Below the pieces are notes generated by a model, which made no database searches, was not told where the DNA came from, and saw only the letters and a program-made list of their open reading frames with translations. A stretch of DNA of 64,000 bases from an uncultured Candidatus Sumerlaeota bacterium (GTDB lineage Bacteria; CAYMEV01): NCBI GenBank assembly GCA_964389675.1, contig CAYMEV010000005.1, forward strand, positions 62,001-126,000, given 5' to 3'. The translations under genes and the position numbers were made by a program. Below, piece by piece: positions 58,983 through 64,000 of this stretch (position 1 is the stretch's first letter; each line of letters starts with the position of its first letter).

Positions 58983-59112
58983 TTTGCTGAGCCAGAGGTG
59001 CTCAAAAGCAAAGCAGATTTTGTGCATTGCATGCCGTAGCCTGAAGGAAATTTTTATAACAGGAAGATATTTCAGTATTCTTATGCTGAATGCCTTTCTG
59101 TTTGTCAGGCTA
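58983..59112 (+). other. Structured region between convergent lpxC and pepP (two hairpins; terminator or RNA element)
   Basis: Hairpin 58983-59012; long stem 59058-59102 with three G-U pairs; outer inverted repeat TAGCCTGA/TCAGGCTA. Confidence 0.5.
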
Positions 59113-60330
59113 TTTTTCTATATCATCAGGCTTCTTCATGATTGCACCTGATAAGACTCTGTTTCCGCTGTCTGTTATGGCAATATCATCTTCAACCCTT
59201 ATGCCAAAGCCCTTTTCCCTTAAATATATGCCAGGCTCTATAGTAATAACCATACCGGGCTTCAGGGGAAGGTTAAAATCCCCGGGATCGTGAGGGTCCA
59301 GGCCCAGGTAATGGCTTATATTGTGGATTATTATCTCATCAGCTCCCTTCTCTGAACTGGCAAAACCAAGCTTGGCGTAAAGCAGTTTCTGAAATTCCCT
59401 GACCTCCTTATTCAGGTCAGTCAGGCTTATTCCTTTCCTGGCTATGCTTAATGCATACTCCTGAGCTTCAATTACTGCAAGGTAAGCTTCCCTCTGATAA
59501 CTGGTAAATTTTCCACAGGATGGAAATGTTCTTGTAATATCACTGGAATAAAACTCGTATTCTGTCCCGATATCTATCAGTATTACATCATCTTTCGCGC
59601 TCTTCCTGTTGTTTTTGTCGTAGTGCAGTATTGTGCTTTCAGGACCGGACCCGACTATTGGGCTGAATGATGCATATGTATTATTTTTAAGGAAAACTTC
59701 CATTATCTGACCCAGTATTTCATTTTCTGAAATACCTTCATGCATATTATTATGCACTTTATCCAAAGCCTGCTTTGTGATATCTATTGCAGTCTGAATA
59801 CAGTTTATTTCATATTCATCCTTGACCAGTCTGAGCGGGTTTATATGCCTGCCTATATCCAGAAAATTTTTCGATGGGTACAGCCTCATCAGATAAAATA
59901 CAATATCTTTTTGTGTATCCTTATTATAGATGAACTGGCTGTAATTTTCATCAATGTAGATATTATCAAATGCCGGGACAATCCTATCCGAAATCTTAAA
60001 AACTTCATCCAGGTAAAAGGTTTTTTCAATACCTGATTTTTCAGATGCCATCTGGTTGTCCAGCATCTTCCTTTCCCACTGTTCAATATGTTTATCGGCT
60101 CTTTCAATAAACAGGTACTCCGATGTATCGGCTTTAGTCTTTATCAGAAAAAGTATAAGATTTGGCTCGTTTAATCCTGTTAAATAGTAAAAATTGCTGT
60201 TCTGCCTGAATGGCCTGTAATTTCCGCTGTATATATGAATTCCTGTAGAACCCCTCAGAATAACGATACTGCCCGGTTCTACTGATTCTAATAATCGTTT
60301 TCTTCTGCCTGAATAAACTGATTTTTCCAT
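59110..60330 (-). CDS. pepP: Xaa-Pro aminopeptidase (M24B)
   Basis: FRQNSNFYYLTG, LHY, DIG…SDITRT, H..GLD.HD, TIEPGIY, GIRVEDD. Confidence 0.93.
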   Translation of the reverse strand: MEKSVYSGRRKRLLESVEPGSIVILRGSTGIHIYSGNYRPFRQNSNFYYLTGLNEPNLILFLIKTKADTSEYLFIERADKHIEQWERKMLDNQMASEKSGIEKTFYLDEVFKISDRIVPAFDNIYIDENYSQFIYNKDTQKDIVFYLMRLYPSKNFLDIGRHINPLRLVKDEYEINCIQTAIDITKQALDKVHNNMHEGISENEILGQIMEVFLKNNTYASFSPIVGSGPESTILHYDKNNRKSAKDDVILIDIGTEYEFYSSDITRTFPSCGKFTSYQREAYLAVIEAQEYALSIARKGISLTDLNKEVREFQKLLYAKLGFASSEKGADEIIIHNISHYLGLDPHDPGDFNLPLKPGMVITIEPGIYLREKGFGIRVEDDIAITDSGNRVLSGAIMKKPDDIEK

Positions 60331-60362
60331 GATTTTATGACTCCTTAGAATTAATTAGGTAA

Positions 60363-60413
60363 ATCTTATTTAAGCAAAAGCCTGTTGTCAATAAAGTAAT
60401 GATATGCTATCAT
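60363..60413. promoter_or_regulatory. Overlapping divergent sigma70 promoters for pepP and the glycerate operon
   Basis: Minus: TTGACA-17-TAAGAT (60391 to 60363). Plus: TTGTCA-17-TATCAT with TG extension (60385-60413). The -35 boxes overlap. Confidence 0.65.
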
Positions 60414-60441
60414 TCAGGATAATAAATAAAACAGGAGCCTT

Positions 60442-61536
60442 TTGCAGATGCCATTTAAAATCTTTATAACTACAAATATAGGGCATGAAGCCATCAGATA
60501 CCTGCGGGAGAAAAAGGGGTATATCCTTGATATTTATGATCATATTGAAAATCCGGGCAAAAATTTTATTAAAATAAAGCTGAAAGAGGGTTTTGATGCA
60601 ATTATAACAAACCTTAGAGATGAAATTGATGCTGAAGTAATAGATGCTGGAAGAAAAACACTTAGAATAATTGCACAGGATTCAGCAGGTACCGATAATA
60701 TTGATATTAATTCTGCAAATAAATACAGGATCCCCGTATCAAATACACAGGATGTCCTTACTGAAGCAGTTGCTGAGTATGCACTGTTCATGATGGGCCA
60801 TATGTCAAGGTTCCAGTATCCTTCTGAAAGGCTGGTTCGTGAAGGGAAATGGATGGGCTGGCATCCCTTTCACCCATTTCTTGGAAAGGAAATCAGCGGG
60901 AAAAAAATAGGAGTGATTGGTACAGGCAAAATAGGGCGTGCATTCGTAAAGAAGATTCTTGGCCTGGATGTAGACATCCTTTTATACTCCAGAAATATTC
61001 ACCATGATTTTGAATCAAAATCCCAGAAGATCTTAGACAAATTTTTTGAAACAGGATTTTTTACTAAAAAGAGGACCATAGGGTATGTTCCTCTTGATAT
61101 ACTATTAAGAGAGAGTGATATAATCTCATTGCATACTCCTCTCATAAAGGAGGGAAAAGATTCAACATATCATATGATTTCCTCCAGAGAATTTAAGAAA
61201 ATGAAAAGGGGCACCTCGATCATTAATACCGCCAGAGGCAGTATTATTGATGAGCATGCCCTAATAAAAGCTCTTAATGAAAATATTATAGACATGGCAG
61301 CCCTTGATGTGTTTGAAACTGAGCCCCTTCCGCTTGACAGCCCCTTATTATCAAAGGAGCTGGAAAACAGGGTCAGGGTCTATCATCATTTTGCCTCAGG
61401 AGGTATTGAAACAAGGCTATCACTGGATAAAGACAAGGGTATGGCAGGCAGATGCCTCTATTCATTAATTAAAATCCTCGATGGTGAAAATCCGGCAAAT
61501 ATCCCCTATATTGTAAACAGGGATATTTTCAGGTGA
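60442..61536 (+). CDS. D-2-hydroxyacid dehydrogenase (glyoxylate/hydroxypyruvate reductase-like)
   Basis: G.DNID, GTGKIG, SLHTPL, INTARG, ALDVFE.EP, H. Confidence 0.9.
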   Translation: MQMPFKIFITTNIGHEAIRYLREKKGYILDIYDHIENPGKNFIKIKLKEGFDAIITNLRDEIDAEVIDAGRKTLRIIAQDSAGTDNIDINSANKYRIPVSNTQDVLTEAVAEYALFMMGHMSRFQYPSERLVREGKWMGWHPFHPFLGKEISGKKIGVIGTGKIGRAFVKKILGLDVDILLYSRNIHHDFESKSQKILDKFFETGFFTKKRTIGYVPLDILLRESDIISLHTPLIKEGKDSTYHMISSREFKKMKRGTSIINTARGSIIDEHALIKALNENIIDMAALDVFETEPLPLDSPLLSKELENRVRVYHHFASGGIETRLSLDKDKGMAGRCLYSLIKILDGENPANIPYIVNRDIFR

Positions 61537-62636
61537 AAATACTGATAGCTCCCAATGCATATAAGGGATTTTTAAGTGCACTGGAAGCGTCTGATATATT
61601 TTTCAGTGTACTGGCTTCCTATTTTCCCGGGAATAATATGGTAATATATCCTATCTCTGATGGAGGTGACGGTTTTCTGGATTGCCTTACCTACCATTTT
61701 AACCTTAACCGGAATTTTATAGACATGCAGGATATATCAGGAAAAAAGCGCAGTATCCCATACCTGGCTGAAGACAGCAGTACTGCCATAATTGAGCTTG
61801 CTGAAATCAGCGGCATAAAGCATCTTTCCAGATCACAGCTTGTACCCAGACATCTCGCACTGGACCATCTGGGCTTCTTAATCAGGGAATTATACAGTAT
61901 GGGCTACACCCATATTAAGCTCGGGCTTGGAGGGTCAGCAACAAACGACTGTGGGATCGGGATATTAAGGGGGATGGGATTTAGGTTTCTTGACTGCAAT
62001 AAGGCTGATATTACCTATTTATACGACACTTTAGAACTTTTATCAAAGGTTGAATATATTATTCCTGCAGGAAAGAAGGATGTGGTGTTCAGTCTTTTCT
62101 GTGATGTGGATAATAAACTTCTCGGTTCGAAAGGCTGCACCTATAGTTTTGGCCGGCAGAAAATGATAAATGAAAGAAGTTTCAAAATATGGGATAGTGC
62201 CATTAAGCACTACCTGGATACTATTGCAAGATGTACAGCAGGCCTCCTGCATGACAGGAAATACTTCGGCGCAGCCGGAGGCGCTGGAGTTTCCCTCTAT
62301 TATTATTTCAGCTCGACATTCACCTCAGGCAGCTCTGTTTTTTTGAACAGGCGATTTAAAAGGCTTTTTATGGAGTCAGATATTATAATCAGCGGTGAGG
62401 GCATATTTGATGAAACCTCCCTGAATAAAAAGGCTGCCGGAGAATTAGTCATGCTGTCAAAGAAGCATGGCAGGAGTCTGATTCTTATTGTGGGAAAAGC
62501 AAGCCACAGGATTGAAAGTGACAATATCAGGATTTTCAAAAACAAAAAAGAGGTTAAAACCAGAAATGATGCAATAAAAGAATTGTCAAACAGTCTTAAC
62601 AGGGCTATATTAGAATTATTGAGGGATGCAGAATGA
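61533..62636 (+). CDS. glxK: Glycerate kinase
   Basis: IAPNAYKG, SDGGDG, GLGGSATND.G, GAAGG, SGEG.FD..S..K. Confidence 0.9.
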   Translation: MKILIAPNAYKGFLSALEASDIFFSVLASYFPGNNMVIYPISDGGDGFLDCLTYHFNLNRNFIDMQDISGKKRSIPYLAEDSSTAIIELAEISGIKHLSRSQLVPRHLALDHLGFLIRELYSMGYTHIKLGLGGSATNDCGIGILRGMGFRFLDCNKADITYLYDTLELLSKVEYIIPAGKKDVVFSLFCDVDNKLLGSKGCTYSFGRQKMINERSFKIWDSAIKHYLDTIARCTAGLLHDRKYFGAAGGAGVSLYYYFSSTFTSGSSVFLNRRFKRLFMESDIIISGEGIFDETSLNKKAAGELVMLSKKHGRSLILIVGKASHRIESDNIRIFKNKKEVKTRNDAIKELSNSLNRAILELLRDAE

Positions 62637-63991
62637 AACAGGAATATACTGTAATAATAGATGATGAAAAGAATATCCGGCTGACCCTTTCAGGGCTTCT
62701 CAATGATGAAGGCTATAATGCCAGGGCCTTCCCGAATACATCGAGCGCGCTTGAATTTATAATGAAAAACCCTGTGTGCATTGTTCTTCTTGATATCTGG
62801 CTTCAGGATGGTATTGACGGCGTTCAGGCCCTGGAGCAGATAAAAAAGATCGATGACAGTATACAGGTCATTATGATGTCAGGGCATGGCACTATTGATC
62901 TTGCTGTCCAGTGTATAAAGCAGGGAGCATACGATTTCCTTGAAAAACCCCTCAGTGCTGAAAGAATATTCATAGTCATAAAAAATGCACTAAAGCTTAA
63001 ACAGCTGCACGGCGAAAACCAGATATTCAAGTCTATAATGCAGGATCATGAAAAAATACTCGGCAGCAGCAGAAGTATCATGGAGATAAAAGACCAGATA
63101 ATGAAAATCGCTAAAACCAATGCAAGCGTACTGATATCAGGCGAAAACGGCACCGGCAAAGAGCTTGTCGCAAGAAGCATACACGATTTAAGCGATAGAA
63201 GCGATAAGGCTTTTGTAAGCATAAACTGTGCAGCTGTTCCCAATACACTTTTTGAAAGCGAGTTCTTCGGGTACGAAAAAGGTGCATTTACAGGGGCAGA
63301 AAGGAAAAAGATAGGAAAGATTGAAATGGCTGATAAAGGCACTCTATTTCTTGATGAGATTGGAGACATGGATATTACCTCCCAGTCAAAGATACTGAAG
63401 GTAATTGAGAATAAGGAGTTTATGAGGCTGGGAGGCTTAAAAAACATTATTGCTGATATACGATTTATCTCAGCCACAAATCAAAACCTTGAAAATATGG
63501 TTAAAAAAAGTCAGTTCAGAGAAGATCTTTATTTCAGGCTTAATGTCATTCCCGTAAATCTTCCTGCTTTAAGGGAAAGAAAAGAAGATATTCCTTATCT
63601 GGTAGATCATTTTATAAAAAAATTTTCAAACGAGCATAAAAAACGGGATATGACGATCGATGCAAAAGCTATGGAAAGAATGTCCCTTTACGCCTGGCCC
63701 GGAAATGTCAGGGAGCTGAAAAATTATATTGAAAGAATTGTTATATTTACTGATAAAGATATTATCAGAGAAAATGACCTTTTGGCTCCAGTAGTTTCCC
63801 AGCAGGGATTTAATCTTTTAAGCACCGATAAATCCCTTAAGGAGGCAAAAGAGGATTTCGAAAGGTATTATATAAAAAAAATACTGGACATTACAAACGG
63901 AAATGTTTCCAAAGCCTCAGGAATACTTAGTCTTGACAGGACATCACTGCACAGGAAGATCAGGGCTTTAAACCTGATAAATAATTCTTGA
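62633..63991 (+). CDS. ntrX: NtrX-like sigma54-dependent response regulator
   Basis: LLDIWL, MMSGHG, GENGTGKE, GAFTGA, WPGNVRELKN, AKEDFER and SLHRKI C-terminus typical of NtrX. Confidence 0.85.
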   Translation: MKQEYTVIIDDEKNIRLTLSGLLNDEGYNARAFPNTSSALEFIMKNPVCIVLLDIWLQDGIDGVQALEQIKKIDDSIQVIMMSGHGTIDLAVQCIKQGAYDFLEKPLSAERIFIVIKNALKLKQLHGENQIFKSIMQDHEKILGSSRSIMEIKDQIMKIAKTNASVLISGENGTGKELVARSIHDLSDRSDKAFVSINCAAVPNTLFESEFFGYEKGAFTGAERKKIGKIEMADKGTLFLDEIGDMDITSQSKILKVIENKEFMRLGGLKNIIADIRFISATNQNLENMVKKSQFREDLYFRLNVIPVNLPALRERKEDIPYLVDHFIKKFSNEHKKRDMTIDAKAMERMSLYAWPGNVRELKNYIERIVIFTDKDIIRENDLLAPVVSQQGFNLLSTDKSLKEAKEDFERYYIKKILDITNGNVSKASGILSLDRTSLHRKIRALNLINNS

Positions 63992-64000
63992 TTAAAGGAA

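Noticed and set aside
59003..59112. TAG readthrough extending pepP
   Set aside because: PepP already ends at a normal position, the extension resembles nothing I recognise, and TAG ends several other genes here.
544..63477. Many short antisense or alternate-frame ORFs in the ORF track (e.g. 2659..3060, 10594..11055, 41768..42313, 50676..51188)
   Set aside because: They lie within well-supported genes, lack recognisable motifs and look like shadow ORFs.
1..64000. tRNA, rRNA, IS elements, prophage or integrase
   Set aside because: Intergenic gaps are short, and I saw no cloverleaf, rRNA-like, transposase or phage-like sequence by eye.

Overview
AT-rich, gene-dense chromosomal segment from a diderm (LPS-producing) bacterium. 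Gene order and protein signatures resemble Acidobacteriota/Desulfobacterota-type lineages (inference). It is mostly housekeeping: alaS (partial), hisS, serS, cysS, rimO, cinA, ctpA, pyrG, a frameshifted prfB, a lolCDE-clpC-bamA-skp-lpxD-(fabZ-like)-lpxA-gnnA-lpxB-msbA envelope operon, methylmalonyl-CoA accessory genes, two minor pilins and two sigma54-type two-component systems. I found no rRNA, tRNA, CRISPR array, integrase or transposase. Main points of interest: (1) a sigma54 promoter with two 18-bp enhancer-like sites upstream of lpxC, divergent from DUF4390-ntrY; (2) ntrX lies about 7.7 kb from the ntrY 3' end on the opposite strand, with short inverted repeats at the expected inversion breakpoints; (3) a Ser/Thr kinase-STAND ATPase-Cys-rich TPR protein convergent with a divergent circularly permuted ATP-grasp ligase; (4) an IspH-UbiA fusion; (5) a truncated FabZ-like protein lacking the catalytic Glu; (6) a structured lpxC 3' region. 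All family assignments come from motif recognition by eye; no searches were run.
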